A DNA stretch of 44,960 nt from Actinobacteria bacterium UBA3086 (GCA_002367305.1 DFBG01000006.1:1-44960); one strand, 5' to 3'; shown: positions 25,744-35,832, counted from the stretch's first letter. The notes: generated from the sequence alone by a model not told the origin. Program-made: numbers and translations.

Positions 25744-26541
25744 ATGCGCGCGTTCCTAGGTGACATGACTCGAGCGATCACGCTGCTCACGATCCTGCCG
25801 ACGAGGTATCCCTCGTCGGACGGTGAGGGCACAGACCGTACCGCCGCGTTCTTCCCGGTTGTCGGCCTGCTGGTGGGCACGGTCACCGTGCTGGCGCTCG
25901 CCGCAGTGAACTCGCTTGAGCATGTGATCTCGGACGAGATGCTATTCGATCGTCTCGCGCCGATGCTCGCGCCCATGGTACTGGTCCTATGGGCGGCTAT
26001 GACACGCCTGCTTCACTGGGATGGCCTTGCGGATGTCGGAGATGCCTGGTGGGGCGGTCATACTGCAGAGCGTCGCTTGGAGATCATGAGGGACTCTCGG
26101 GTTGGTGCGTTTGGCGCGGCGACCATCGTGATGATCTCGTTGATTCAGGTAGCTTCCATCACGACCATTCTCGAGAACGCTTCGGCTGTCGGTTGGTCGT
26201 TGTTTGCGGTCCCTGTACTCGGCAGGCTCTCCGCCACCTTCGCCGCCTGGCTGGGAAAGCCAGCCCGATCCGATGGCTTGGGTCTCTCGGTGATGCGACG
26301 CCCTGATCTGTTGGGCCTCATTGTCGTCATACTGGCTCTCGCTGTGGGGCTGGGGCCTTTGGTCGCTCTCTTGGGCACCAAGGGACTTGCTGTGGCGATT
26401 GTCGGCCTGATACTGGCGCCGGTTGTCCCGCATCTCGTCTCCATGAGATTCGGCGGCGTGACAGGCGATGTCATGGGAGCCAGCGTGCTGATCACAGAGA
26501 CCCTGATCCTGTTCACGGCGGCTGTGGTGGGAGTTGTCTGA
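25744..26541 (+). CDS. cobS: Adenosylcobinamide-GDP ribazoletransferase (cobalamin synthase)
   Basis: Polytopic membrane protein with LTILP, HWDGLADVGDA and GGVTGDVMGA. ATG directly follows the cobT TAA. Confidence 0.88.
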   Translation: MRAFLGDMTRAITLLTILPTRYPSSDGEGTDRTAAFFPVVGLLVGTVTVLALAAVNSLEHVISDEMLFDRLAPMLAPMVLVLWAAMTRLLHWDGLADVGDAWWGGHTAERRLEIMRDSRVGAFGAATIVMISLIQVASITTILENASAVGWSLFAVPVLGRLSATFAAWLGKPARSDGLGLSVMRRPDLLGLIVVILALAVGLGPLVALLGTKGLAVAIVGLILAPVVPHLVSMRFGGVTGDVMGASVLITETLILFTAAVVGVV

Positions 26542-26542
26542 G

Positions 26543-27130
26543 ATGGATGAGAGACGAATTCTGCTCGTACGTCATCCCGAGACCGAGGCGAACGTGAACG
26601 GTCGATTCGTTGGTCGCGGTGATGTTCCATACACGGTTCGTGGCGAGCGACAGGCGCTTCTCGCGGTCGATGCCATCGCTGATTTCGAACCTGATGAGGT
26701 CTGGTCCAGCCCGTTGCGACGGGCGCATTACGTTGCTCGGAACGCAGCGACGCGTCTTGGTGTGGCGCATACGATAGATGAACGACTCAGCGAGCTGGAT
26801 TTCGGTGAAGCCGAGGGGCTCACGTATGAGGAGACTCAGCAACGTGGCATTGCGTTCGAGTTCGGCGCTGAAGACGTCCCTGTAGCCCCTGGCGGCGAGT
26901 CGCGCCGCGACATCTTGATCAGGTCGGGTGCGGGCGTTGACGCGGCCTCAGAGCGAGCCCGACGTGTCGCTATCGTGACGCACGGCGGAGTGTTCCGCTC
27001 CGCGATGGTGCATCTGCTGCAGCTTCCCATCGACGCTATCTGGTCGTTTGATATCCGCAATGCGCAGTGCGCCGAGTTCCGTATCGTCGACGGGCACGCC
27101 ATGTTGGAGCGTTTCTGGCAGGTGGGCTGA
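26543..27130 (+). CDS. cobC: Histidine-phosphatase family protein, likely alpha-ribazole phosphatase
   Basis: ILLVRHPETEANVNGRFVG (RHG-type motif) and a later THGGV. Position after cobS. ATG 26543 is preferred over TTG 26534. Confidence 0.75.
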   Translation: MDERRILLVRHPETEANVNGRFVGRGDVPYTVRGERQALLAVDAIADFEPDEVWSSPLRRAHYVARNAATRLGVAHTIDERLSELDFGEAEGLTYEETQQRGIAFEFGAEDVPVAPGGESRRDILIRSGAGVDAASERARRVAIVTHGGVFRSAMVHLLQLPIDAIWSFDIRNAQCAEFRIVDGHAMLERFWQVG

Positions 27131-27244
27131 ACCGGTCCTGCTCACTCGGTGTGCAGGTAGGGGGTTGAATCCTGCGCTCGTAAGGGCGACAATCCTCGGC
27201 AACCCGTTGAGACCCATATGGCGGGTACATCGAGGAGGACGACC

Positions 27245-28345
27245 ATGGACTGGGACGCATTGATACGCTCGGAACTCGACCCCATGGTTCCCTACGCGCC
27301 GGGTCTGCGTGCCAGTGAAGTGCGCGAGCGTTCCGGCAAGGATGTCATCCTCAAACTCTCCAGCAACGAGCACCCATGCGGCCCGTTTCCCGCGGCAGTG
27401 CGCGCCATGGAGGCTGTACTCCACAGACTCAACCGTTATCCGGACGGGTCAGCTCATGCCTTGCGTGAGAAACTGTGCGCCACGCTCGATCTTGCCGAGG
27501 AGAATCTGGTCGTTTCCAACGGATCGAACGAGCTCATTCGCCTGATAGCCCAAGCGGTTCTGCGCCCGGATGACGAAGTCGTGTTCGCATGGCCTTCATT
27601 CGTGGTGTATCCCATGGTGACCCAGATGTTCGGCGCTGTTGCGGTGAAGGTACCGCTGACTGATGATGGCGTTCACGATCTGGATGCCATGCTTGCGGCG
27701 TGCAATGATCGCACGCGCCTGCTGTTCCTCTGTAGCCCCAACAATCCCACTGGCACCATCTACAGCCGTGATGCGTTCGAAGCGTTTCTGGCCAAGGTTC
27801 CAGAGCATGTTCTGGTGGTCGTTGACGAGGCATATTTCGAGTTCGTGTTCGACAACGACTATCCGGATGCCCTCGAATACTTTGACGGCGTGCGGCCGAT
27901 CGCTGTGCTCCGCACGTTCTCCAAGGTCTACTCACTTGCAGGTCTTCGTATCGGCTACGGGGCATTGCCCGCGCCCCTGGCGCAGGCGGTCGACAAGATA
28001 CGTGAGCCTTTCAACGTGAACACACCGGCGCAGATAGCTGCGTACTACTCGCTCCTCGACGAGCCCGAACTTGAGCGCCGTCGGCTAGAGAATCAAGAAC
28101 AGAAGACATACCTCTATTCGTGCTTCGATCGGCTTGGGGTGGCGTATTACCGTTCACACACCAACTTCGTCTACTTCATGACGGAGAAGCCGGTCGAAGT
28201 TTTCGAGGCTCTGCTCGAAGAAGGCGTCATCGTTCGTGACTTCGGCACCGCTCCCGCGCTTCGTGTGGGAATTGGGACGCCAGAGGACACCGCGATCACT
28301 ATCGCCGCATTCGAGTCCGTCGTCGCCCGGCTCGGCAGCATCTAG
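27245..28345 (+). CDS. hisC: Histidinol-phosphate / aromatic aminotransferase (class II PLP)
   Basis: Contains LSSNEHPCGP, YPDGSAHALRE, PNNPTG and RTFSKVYSLAGLRIGYG. ATG 27245 follows GAGGAGGA. A CobD-type threonine-phosphate decarboxylase cannot be excluded from context alone. Confidence 0.75.
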   Translation: MDWDALIRSELDPMVPYAPGLRASEVRERSGKDVILKLSSNEHPCGPFPAAVRAMEAVLHRLNRYPDGSAHALREKLCATLDLAEENLVVSNGSNELIRLIAQAVLRPDDEVVFAWPSFVVYPMVTQMFGAVAVKVPLTDDGVHDLDAMLAACNDRTRLLFLCSPNNPTGTIYSRDAFEAFLAKVPEHVLVVVDEAYFEFVFDNDYPDALEYFDGVRPIAVLRTFSKVYSLAGLRIGYGALPAPLAQAVDKIREPFNVNTPAQIAAYYSLLDEPELERRRLENQEQKTYLYSCFDRLGVAYYRSHTNFVYFMTEKPVEVFEALLEEGVIVRDFGTAPALRVGIGTPEDTAITIAAFESVVARLGSI

Positions 28346-28408
28346 CAGCCCTTCTCGGCGGACGACGGGCACATCGTCGGATACGCACCACGAGAAGGAG
28401 ACAGACAG

Positions 28409-28498
28409 ATGCTCGTCAATATGCGAGACCATGCGTCTCGAGTAGAAATCGACCACACCTTCGTCGTTCAGGGTACGAGTTTGAGGTGGTCAGCGTGA
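28409..28498 (+). CDS. Candidate 29-codon upstream ORF coupled to tyrA
   Basis: AAGGAG lies 8 nt upstream of ATG 28409. The peptide is MLVNMRDHASRVEIDHTFVVQGTSLRWSA. Its TGA (28496-28498) overlaps GTG 28495 of tyrA as GTGA. No homology evidence. Confidence 0.25.
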   Translation: MLVNMRDHASRVEIDHTFVVQGTSLRWSA

Positions 28499-29637
28499 GT
28501 CCCGCAGGATTCAATTCGATCACGATCGTGGGCGTCGGTCTCATCGGGGGATCGCTCGCTGCTGCGGTGCATGCACTTGATGGTGGTCCGCACGTTCGTG
28601 GAGTGGACGTCGATTCTGAAACGGTCCGTCGCGTGCTCGAACGGGGTTTCGCCGACGAGGCGCTCACTCCGGACGAGGCGGAGGCGGCCGGCTGGTTCTC
28701 CGGTCAGGACGACGAGCTGGTTGTTCTTGCAACTCCCGCATCGATTGCCGAGGAGTGGCTCGTCCGCCTCGGAGATGCCGGATTCGCAGGCACGGTCACC
28801 GATGTTGCCTCCACCAAACAGGGCGTTCTCGCGGCTGCACAGTCTGCATTGGGAACAGGCCGATTCGTGGGAGGTCATCCCATGGCCGGATCCGAGCGCA
28901 GCGGAATAGAGGCGGCATCCGTCGACCTGTTCCGAGGAGCCTACTACGTGCTCACACCTTCCGCGGACACGGACATGTCGGTCTTCCGCAAGATGCATCG
29001 TCTAGTCACTTCGATTGGAGCACGTGCGGTCACGGTCGATGCGGTGGCTCACGATGAGGCTGTGGCGGTGGTCTCCCACGTCCCGCACGTCGCAGCGGCT
29101 GCGCTCGTCGCCCTGGCAAAGGACCGTGCGGGGGAGAGCGATGAGCTGCTCAGACTCGCTGCAGGTGGATTCAAGGATACGACGCGGATCGCGGCGGGAA
29201 GTCCGGGTCTCTGGACCGGTATCCTGCTCGACAACGCCGATGCGGTCGCCAAGGGTCTTGATGATCTTGGGGCGATGCTCGGGCGGGTCTCTTCGGCGGT
29301 TCGTGAAAGGGATCCGGAGGTCATCAACGCGTGGCTCGCCGGTGCAGCCGAGGTCCGCTCAGGTCTGCCCGCACAGTGGGTGCCAGCCACCGAGCAGTTG
29401 AGTGAACTCACGATACCCGTCCACGACCGCTCAGGCGTCATCAGTGAGGTTGCGGCAATGGTCGGGCGCCATGGATGCAACATCGAGAGTATCGAGATCG
29501 ACCACCGTTCAGAGGACAGCGCCGATCTCGTACTGGTCCTCACTGACGAGGGCGACCTGGACATGCTTCTGGCCGATCTGGGCCGCAGCGGGTACGAACC
29601 TCTACTGAAGGCTCTCGATTCCGGCGAAGGGGCATGA
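28495..29637 (+). CDS. tyrA: Prephenate dehydrogenase with C-terminal ACT domain
   Basis: ITIVGVGLIGGSLAAA (Rossmann fold), GGHPMAGSE and an ACT-like tail (IPVHDRSGVISEVAAMVGRHGCNIESIEI). The start is GTG 28495 or GTG 28486. Confidence 0.88.
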   Translation: MSPAGFNSITIVGVGLIGGSLAAAVHALDGGPHVRGVDVDSETVRRVLERGFADEALTPDEAEAAGWFSGQDDELVVLATPASIAEEWLVRLGDAGFAGTVTDVASTKQGVLAAAQSALGTGRFVGGHPMAGSERSGIEAASVDLFRGAYYVLTPSADTDMSVFRKMHRLVTSIGARAVTVDAVAHDEAVAVVSHVPHVAAAALVALAKDRAGESDELLRLAAGGFKDTTRIAAGSPGLWTGILLDNADAVAKGLDDLGAMLGRVSSAVRERDPEVINAWLAGAAEVRSGLPAQWVPATEQLSELTIPVHDRSGVISEVAAMVGRHGCNIESIEIDHRSEDSADLVLVLTDEGDLDMLLADLGRSGYEPLLKALDSGEGA

Positions 29638-29641
29638 TTCG

Positions 29642-30943
29642 ATGAAATTCCATGCGCGTGCGGCATCGGGCCCACTCAAAGGAACGCTCCGTCTCCCTGG
29701 CGATAAGTCGATCTCGCATCGTGCAATTTTGTTTGCAGCGTTGAGTCAGGGCACGTCTCGGCTCACCGGCGTGCTCGACAGCGCTGACGTGCGCAGCACC
29801 TTGGGTGCGGTCGAGTTATTGGGTGCGAAGGTGGCTCATGGGAAGACTGAACATGGCCTGGACGTGACGATCGAGGGATGGGGAGACAGGGGACCGATCT
29901 CGCCTGCCTCGCCCATTGATTGCGGTAACAGCGGCACGACATCGCGGCTTCTGCTTGGTCTGCTTTCCGGGTGGGGAGTCACCGCTACACTCATAGGCGA
30001 TGCCTCCTTGTCAGAGAGGCCCATGGCGCGTGTGACTGATCCTCTGACCGAGATGGGAGCCTCGTTCACCACCCGGGACGGCCGGTTGCCGGTGACGGTC
30101 AAGGGTGGAACGATCAGGCCCGGAACGCACGCGATTCCTGTCGCCTCCGCCCAGATCAAGACCGCACTACTTCTGGCGGGGCTTCGAGGTGTAGGACGTA
30201 CCGTGGTCACCGAGCCAGCGCCCAGCAGAGACCACACCGAGACCATGCTTCCCGCGTACGGTGTTCCTGTGGGGCGAGACGCCGCGGCCCGGTCATGCTG
30301 GGTGGATGGACCGACAGTACCCACAGCGAGTGATTTCTCGGTCCCCGCGGACCCTTCTTCGGCTGCGTTCATGGTTATTGCCGCACTCATGGTGCCCGGC
30401 AGCGACATCGAGCTTCCTCATGTCGGCCTCAACTCGACACGTACGGGATTCATGCGCGTTCTTCACCGTATGGGTGCTGATATCCAAATTGATGTGAGCG
30501 CCGACCGTTCGCCTGAGCGTGTCGGCACTGTGAGGACTCGGTACACGCCGGACATGAAGTCCACCGTGATAGAGGCGCAGGAGGTTCCGTCTCTGATCGA
30601 CGAGATTCCTGTTCTGGCAGTGGCTGCATCGCAGGCAACGGGCACCACGCGTTTTGAGAATGTTGGGGAGTTGCGCGTGAAGGAGTCCGATCGACTCCAG
30701 GCCGTGCACATGGGTCTGTCGGCGTTGGGTGTTGAGGTTCGCAGCGGTGTGGATTGGCTCGAGGTTGACGGCCCCGTGCGGCTTCAGGGCGCCAGCCTTG
30801 ATTCTCTCGGCGATCATAGACTGGCCATGGCGTGGTCCATTGCGGCGCTGATCGCGTCGGATCCTATCGTGATCGAGCGGTTCGAAGCCGTTCAGGTCTC
30901 GTATCCCGGATTTGCGAATGACCTCGTATCCGTGGGCGTCTGA
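29642..30943 (+). CDS. aroA: 3-phosphoshikimate 1-carboxyvinyltransferase (EPSP synthase)
   Basis: Contains LPGDKSISHRAILFAAL, NSGTTSRLL, LRVKESDRL and GDHRLAMA. Confidence 0.93.
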   Translation: MKFHARAASGPLKGTLRLPGDKSISHRAILFAALSQGTSRLTGVLDSADVRSTLGAVELLGAKVAHGKTEHGLDVTIEGWGDRGPISPASPIDCGNSGTTSRLLLGLLSGWGVTATLIGDASLSERPMARVTDPLTEMGASFTTRDGRLPVTVKGGTIRPGTHAIPVASAQIKTALLLAGLRGVGRTVVTEPAPSRDHTETMLPAYGVPVGRDAAARSCWVDGPTVPTASDFSVPADPSSAAFMVIAALMVPGSDIELPHVGLNSTRTGFMRVLHRMGADIQIDVSADRSPERVGTVRTRYTPDMKSTVIEAQEVPSLIDEIPVLAVAASQATGTTRFENVGELRVKESDRLQAVHMGLSALGVEVRSGVDWLEVDGPVRLQGASLDSLGDHRLAMAWSIAALIASDPIVIERFEAVQVSYPGFANDLVSVGV

Positions 30944-31018
30944 GTCAGGGACGCATGCTATGATTCTGACTACACAATATGCCTCTGACCTGCAGACTCC
31001 GTATCTTGGGATGGTTCA

Positions 31019-31687
31019 ATGATCGTAGCTATCGACGGTCCTGCCGCATCGGGAAAATCAACGGTCGCCAAGGCTTTGGCGACTCGTATCGGCATGCACT
31101 ACCTCGACACCGGCGCCATGTATCGCTCCATCGCGTTCGCGGCTCTTGAGCAGGGCGTGCCGCTTCATGACGAATCAGCCATGGGGGAGCTTGCGCGCGG
31201 GGTACGCATCGAATTCGCATACGCCGGAGACGCATCCATCGCCACGACCGTCCTGCTGGACGGGGTCGACATCACCGCCGAGATTCGTACGCCGCGTATA
31301 GATGAGGCGGTCAGTGCCGCTGCACGCACACCGGAGGTTCGGGCGGCCATGGTCGATCGACAGCGTGAGATCGCCAGTTGCACCGATACGGTCATGGAGG
31401 GTCGCGACATCGGTACGGTCGTGTTCCCTCACGCCGAAGTCAAGGTATTCCTGACCGCCTCTGCGGATGAGCGAGCTCGTCGTCGGCACTCGGAGCTTGC
31501 TGAGCACGGAGACGATACGGCTGCGGACCGTGTGCGCGAGGGTATGGAGCGTCGTGACCTCGCTGACAGTTCGCGCAAGACTGCGCCACTCAAACCTGCG
31601 GATGACGCGATCCGCCTCGATACCACCGGGATGAGCGTCGACGACGTAGTCGATACGATCGCAACCTATGTCGCTGATGCCCGATGA
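31019..31687 (+). CDS. cmk: Cytidylate kinase
   Basis: Contains IVAIDGPAASGKSTVAK, LDTGAMYR and EGRDIGTVVFP. Confidence 0.92.
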   Translation: MIVAIDGPAASGKSTVAKALATRIGMHYLDTGAMYRSIAFAALEQGVPLHDESAMGELARGVRIEFAYAGDASIATTVLLDGVDITAEIRTPRIDEAVSAAARTPEVRAAMVDRQREIASCTDTVMEGRDIGTVVFPHAEVKVFLTASADERARRRHSELAEHGDDTAADRVREGMERRDLADSSRKTAPLKPADDAIRLDTTGMSVDDVVDTIATYVADAR

Positions 31688-32301
31688 AGCCGCTCTATCG
31701 CGCGATCTGGCTGGTGGCGCAGGTCACCCTCCGCTTCATCTATCCCGTCAGGTGGCGTCACCGCGATCGTATTCCTTCAGGGCGTGTCATTCTCGCCGGC
31801 AATCACATCTCCTATATGGACCCGATCGTTATCGCGCTGGGTCTGCGCTTTCCCGTGCACTTCATGGGTAAGGTCGAACTCTTCGAGGGTCATCCTGTCG
31901 TCGCGTGGATGCTTCCTCGCGTGCACGCGTTCCCTGTACGCAGGGGCGCTGCGGACCGCGAGGCAATCGCTCGGGCGACAGAGTTGTTGCAGCAAGATAA
32001 GGCCGTCGGTATCTTCCCCGAGGGCACCCGTAATCAGGATGGCACTGCGCAACCTCAGGATGGAGCGGCATTTTTGGGCTTGCGTAACGACTCACCCATA
32101 GTGCCGGTCGGCATCGCTGGCACGGACGCCATCAAGCGCGAAGGGTCCAAGCGTATTCATTTCCCGCGGATCACGCTCGTGTTCGGTGAGCCAGTCGTTC
32201 CAGCGGACTATGAGGGCAAGCGACGGGATCGTATGCAAGCGATGACGTCGGATATCATGGAGCGGATCGCTTCTGCGTGTGAAGAGGCCGAGAGGAGCTA
32301 G
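31684..32301 (+). CDS. plsC: 1-acyl-sn-glycerol-3-phosphate acyltransferase
   Basis: AGNHISYMDP (HxxxxD) and IFPEGTR motifs. ATGA overlap with cmk. Confidence 0.88.
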   Translation: MKPLYRAIWLVAQVTLRFIYPVRWRHRDRIPSGRVILAGNHISYMDPIVIALGLRFPVHFMGKVELFEGHPVVAWMLPRVHAFPVRRGAADREAIARATELLQQDKAVGIFPEGTRNQDGTAQPQDGAAFLGLRNDSPIVPVGIAGTDAIKREGSKRIHFPRITLVFGEPVVPADYEGKRRDRMQAMTSDIMERIASACEEAERS

Positions 32302-32306
32302 TTCCT

Positions 32307-33140
32307 ATGCGTGTCGAGGTCGCGCGTCATGCAGGCGTCTGCTACGGAGTGGAGCGTGCACTCAAACTCGCCCAAGAGGCATCCGAGCAGGGAGTGGACG
32401 TTCACTCCCTGGGACCGCTGATCCATAACCCACAGGCCGTCGCAGAGCTTCGGGATAAGGGCGTCGAGGTCGCCGCGTCACTCGATCAGGTCGACAGCGG
32501 CATCCTCGTCATTCGGTCGCATGGCGTTGACCCTGAGATCATCCATGAGGCCGTGGACAAAGGTCTCGATGTGGTCGATGCGACATGTCCTTTCGTCTCT
32601 GCCGCACATGCGTGTGCCGAGGAGCTCGCCAACGGCGGCTATAGCGTCGTCATCGTCGGTGAGGAAGATCATCCCGAGGTCGAGGGAATCCTCGCGCATG
32701 CAGGCAGGTCCGCTCTCATCGTGCAGTCTGCCGATGACCTTCCCGCCAAGATCTCCGCCCGCAAGATCGGGGTTGTGGTGCAGACCACTCAGTCCTTGTC
32801 CCGCCTCGAAGAGGTGGTCAACGCACTGCTCCCACGCGTTACGGAACTCAGGGTCTGCAATACGATCTGTAGCGCGACAGCCAAGCGCCAGCTCAGTGCC
32901 GAGGTGCTCGCGCGCAAGGTCGACGCAGTGGTCGTTGTCGGTGGACACAACTCGGGCAACACCACGCGTCTTGCGGAGATCTGTCGTGCGGTCAATCCGC
33001 ACGTCCATCACGTTGAGACCGCGGCCGAAGTCGAGGCCTCGTGGTTCGACGGCTTGGAAAGCGTGGGAGTCACTGCGGGCGCGTCGACACCGCATGCCCA
33101 GATGGCTGGCGTCATCGAGGCGATCAGAGGGATGAACTGA
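32307..33140 (+). CDS. ispH: 4-hydroxy-3-methylbut-2-enyl diphosphate reductase
   Basis: Contains GVCYGVERAL, GPLIHNPQ, DATCPFV, NTICSAT and VVGGHNSGNTTRL. Confidence 0.92.
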   Translation: MRVEVARHAGVCYGVERALKLAQEASEQGVDVHSLGPLIHNPQAVAELRDKGVEVAASLDQVDSGILVIRSHGVDPEIIHEAVDKGLDVVDATCPFVSAAHACAEELANGGYSVVIVGEEDHPEVEGILAHAGRSALIVQSADDLPAKISARKIGVVVQTTQSLSRLEEVVNALLPRVTELRVCNTICSATAKRQLSAEVLARKVDAVVVVGGHNSGNTTRLAEICRAVNPHVHHVETAAEVEASWFDGLESVGVTAGASTPHAQMAGVIEAIRGMN

Positions 33141-33142
33141 TC

Positions 33143-34486
33143 GTGGAATCACATCAGTCCTACGGTTCTGATTCGCATGCCGTCACGGGAGGTCTTGTCG
33201 CGGACGTGCTGAAAGATGGACCCGCCTACGCCGCCGGAATACGGGTGGGTGACACCGTTCTCGCCGTGGACGATCATGCCGTGAGCGACATCATCGACTG
33301 GCGATGGTACACGGCCGACAATGAGGCGGTCGTCTCGCTTCGTTCGTCGGCAGGCGAGTTGCGCGATGTCTCTCTCCATCGTGAACCGCAGGAGATGTGG
33401 GGAATCGACTTCGAGGACGTGCTCTTCGATGGCGTTCGTGAGTGCGTCAACTCCTGCGCTTTCTGCTTCATGACGCAACTGCCGCGTGGGATGAGGTCGG
33501 CGCTGTATGTTCGAGATGATGATTTCCGGCTTTCGTTCCTTCAGGGCAACTTCGTCACACTCACCAACCTGAGTGATGATGATACTGAGCGCATCATTGA
33601 ACAGAGACTCTCTCCGCTGCATGTCTCACTGCATGCAGTCGATCCCGACGTGCGGGCAGAGCTCATCGGCAGGTCTGCAGATCTCGGCCTCAAGAGGCTC
33701 GAACAACTTCTGGACCACGGAATAGACGTGCACGTTCAAATAGTCGCTGTTCCGGGTGTCAATGACGGCCAGGTCCTGGAGCGATCGTTGCGTTGGCTCG
33801 CCGAGCGCGAAGGCATCGAGTCGGTGGGCATCGTTCCGCTCGGCTACACCGGGCATCAAACCAAGTTCACGTCGTCGTATGAGGGGTCCGCCACGGCCGC
33901 GGCACTCTTGGATGAGATAGAGCCATGGCAGCATGCGTATCGCGAGCGGGATGGTATCGATCGTGTTTACGCTGCGGATGAGTTCTATCTCAATGCCGGG
34001 CGTCCTGTTCCCGAGTGGGCTCGCTATGACGGGTTTCCGCAGTACGAGAACGGCATCGGCATGGTGCGTGCGTTCATCGATGAGTTCGCGGCGGCGATGT
34101 CGACCGAGGACGATGAAACACATGATTCGGCGAAACAAGGTCAGGCGAATCTCGTGTTCGTTTCGGGAACCCTGTTCGCACCGGTTCTGCAGCAGTCCCT
34201 GTCCGGTCTCGATCAGGGCGTCGGCACGCGAGTCCTTCCGGTTTCCAATGTGTTCTTCGGAGGGAATGTCAGTGTGACGGGATTGCTCACAGGCCGTGAC
34301 ATCATCGGTGCCATTCGTGACGATTCCGCCGATGCGGTATATCTCGTGCCGGACGTCATTTTCAACGCCGACGAACTCACACTCGATGGCATGACCGCAG
34401 AGGAAATCGCGAGAGAGTCGGCTGTACACGTACGCGTGGTATCCTGTAGCGCTACAGGTGCGGCGCAGGCTCTTCTCGGCCGCTAA
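33143..34486 (+). CDS. PDZ + radical-SAM-like + DUF512 family protein
   Basis: PDZ-like GIRVGDTVLAVDDH, Cys motif CVNSCAFCF and a C-terminal DUF512-like region. This is the conserved position upstream of der. GTG 33143 follows the ispH stop. Confidence 0.75.
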   Translation: MESHQSYGSDSHAVTGGLVADVLKDGPAYAAGIRVGDTVLAVDDHAVSDIIDWRWYTADNEAVVSLRSSAGELRDVSLHREPQEMWGIDFEDVLFDGVRECVNSCAFCFMTQLPRGMRSALYVRDDDFRLSFLQGNFVTLTNLSDDDTERIIEQRLSPLHVSLHAVDPDVRAELIGRSADLGLKRLEQLLDHGIDVHVQIVAVPGVNDGQVLERSLRWLAEREGIESVGIVPLGYTGHQTKFTSSYEGSATAAALLDEIEPWQHAYRERDGIDRVYAADEFYLNAGRPVPEWARYDGFPQYENGIGMVRAFIDEFAAAMSTEDDETHDSAKQGQANLVFVSGTLFAPVLQQSLSGLDQGVGTRVLPVSNVFFGGNVSVTGLLTGRDIIGAIRDDSADAVYLVPDVIFNADELTLDGMTAEEIARESAVHVRVVSCSATGAAQALLGR

Positions 34487-34514
34487 TTATTCGACTCGAA
34501 GAACCGGTGAGATC

Positions 34515-35825
34515 ATGGCACTTCCAATCGTAGCGGTGGTCGGTCGCCCCAATGTGGGCAAGTCCACCCTCGTCAATCGCATAGCACAGACTTCCGACGC
34601 GATCGTCCACGAGATGCGTGGTGTGACGCGAGATCGCAGTTATCACCAGGCGGACTGGAACGGCCGCGAGTTCATCCTGATCGATACCGGTGGTATCGAG
34701 ACTGGTAGCGAGGATGACTTCCAGGCATCCATCACCCAGCAGGCGATCACCGCTGCGCGTGAGGCCGATCTGATCATCGTGCTCGTCGACGGCAAGACTG
34801 GCGTGATGACCGCCGATGAAGAGGTTGCGAGACTCCTTCAGCGCACCGCGACGCCGGTGTTCCTCGTGGTCAACAAGATGGACACTCCTAATGTTGATGA
34901 CGCTATCCATGAGTTCTGGGCACTCGGGCTCGGTCAGCCGTACGGCGTATCCGCAACCCATGGCCACGGTACCGGCGATCTGCTGGATGCACTTGTTGCT
35001 GCGTTGCCCGCAGAAGCGCATCCGGAAGATGAGGGTGACAGGATCGATGTGGCCATCATCGGCAAACCCAATGCGGGCAAGTCCTCGTTGCTGAACAAGA
35101 TGTCACGCACCGAGAGGGCCATTGTGAGTGACGTTGCCGGAACCACCCGCGACTCGCTCGATACGGTCGTGCGACGTGGAGAACGCGAGTATCGTCTGAT
35201 CGATACGGCTGGTTTGCGTCGTAAGGCCAATATCGACGCGTCTGTCGAGTACTACGGCTTCGTGCGTGCGATGCGCGCGATCGATAGGGCCGAGATCGCG
35301 CTGCTCGTCATCGATTCGACCTCGGGCGTGACTGATCAGGATCAACGCGTCGCGCGATTCGCTGCGGAACGTGGGTGCGGTCTCATCCTCGTCCTCAACA
35401 AGTGGGACCTCATGGATGATGATGAGAAGCGCGAAGTGTTGCTGGACCAAGTGGAGAACAAGCTCGGTTTCATAAAGTACGCGCCAATGGTGCGTTTGAG
35501 CGCGCTGACTGGAAAGCGCGTCGAGCGACTCTATACCACGATCGACAAGGTCTATGCTGCATACACGCAGAACATCACCACAAGTGCCCTCAACCGTCTT
35601 CTCACTGAGATGCGCGACTTCGGTCACACTGTCTCAAAGGGGAACATGACGCTTCGCGTCAACTACATGACGCAGACCCGGGTCAAGCCTCCGGGATTCA
35701 CCTTCTTCGCGAATCACCCTCGCTTGGCAGACGACAACTTCAAACGTTATGTGGAGAACCGCATGAGAGATGCTTTCGATCTCACCGGAACTCCCATCGT
35801 TCTGAAGTTCCGTCAGAAGGATTGA
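34515..35825 (+). CDS. der: Ribosome-biogenesis GTPase Der (EngA)
   Basis: Two G domains (VGRPNVGKSTL and IGKPNAGKSSL), DTGG/DTAG, NKMD/NKWD, and a KH-like C-terminus. Confidence 0.94.
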   Translation: MALPIVAVVGRPNVGKSTLVNRIAQTSDAIVHEMRGVTRDRSYHQADWNGREFILIDTGGIETGSEDDFQASITQQAITAAREADLIIVLVDGKTGVMTADEEVARLLQRTATPVFLVVNKMDTPNVDDAIHEFWALGLGQPYGVSATHGHGTGDLLDALVAALPAEAHPEDEGDRIDVAIIGKPNAGKSSLLNKMSRTERAIVSDVAGTTRDSLDTVVRRGEREYRLIDTAGLRRKANIDASVEYYGFVRAMRAIDRAEIALLVIDSTSGVTDQDQRVARFAAERGCGLILVLNKWDLMDDDEKREVLLDQVENKLGFIKYAPMVRLSALTGKRVERLYTTIDKVYAAYTQNITTSALNRLLTEMRDFGHTVSKGNMTLRVNYMTQTRVKPPGFTFFANHPRLADDNFKRYVENRMRDAFDLTGTPIVLKFRQKD

Positions 35826-35832
35826 TCCGCCC

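Noticed and set aside
27245-28345. Reading the aminotransferase after cobC as CobD (threonine-phosphate decarboxylase) completing the cob cluster.
   Set aside because: A 114-nt spacer separates it from cobC. It is followed by tyrA-aroA, and the RTFSKVYSLAGLRIGYG region looks HisC-like. CobD is not excluded, but HisC/aromatic aminotransferase is the more economical call.
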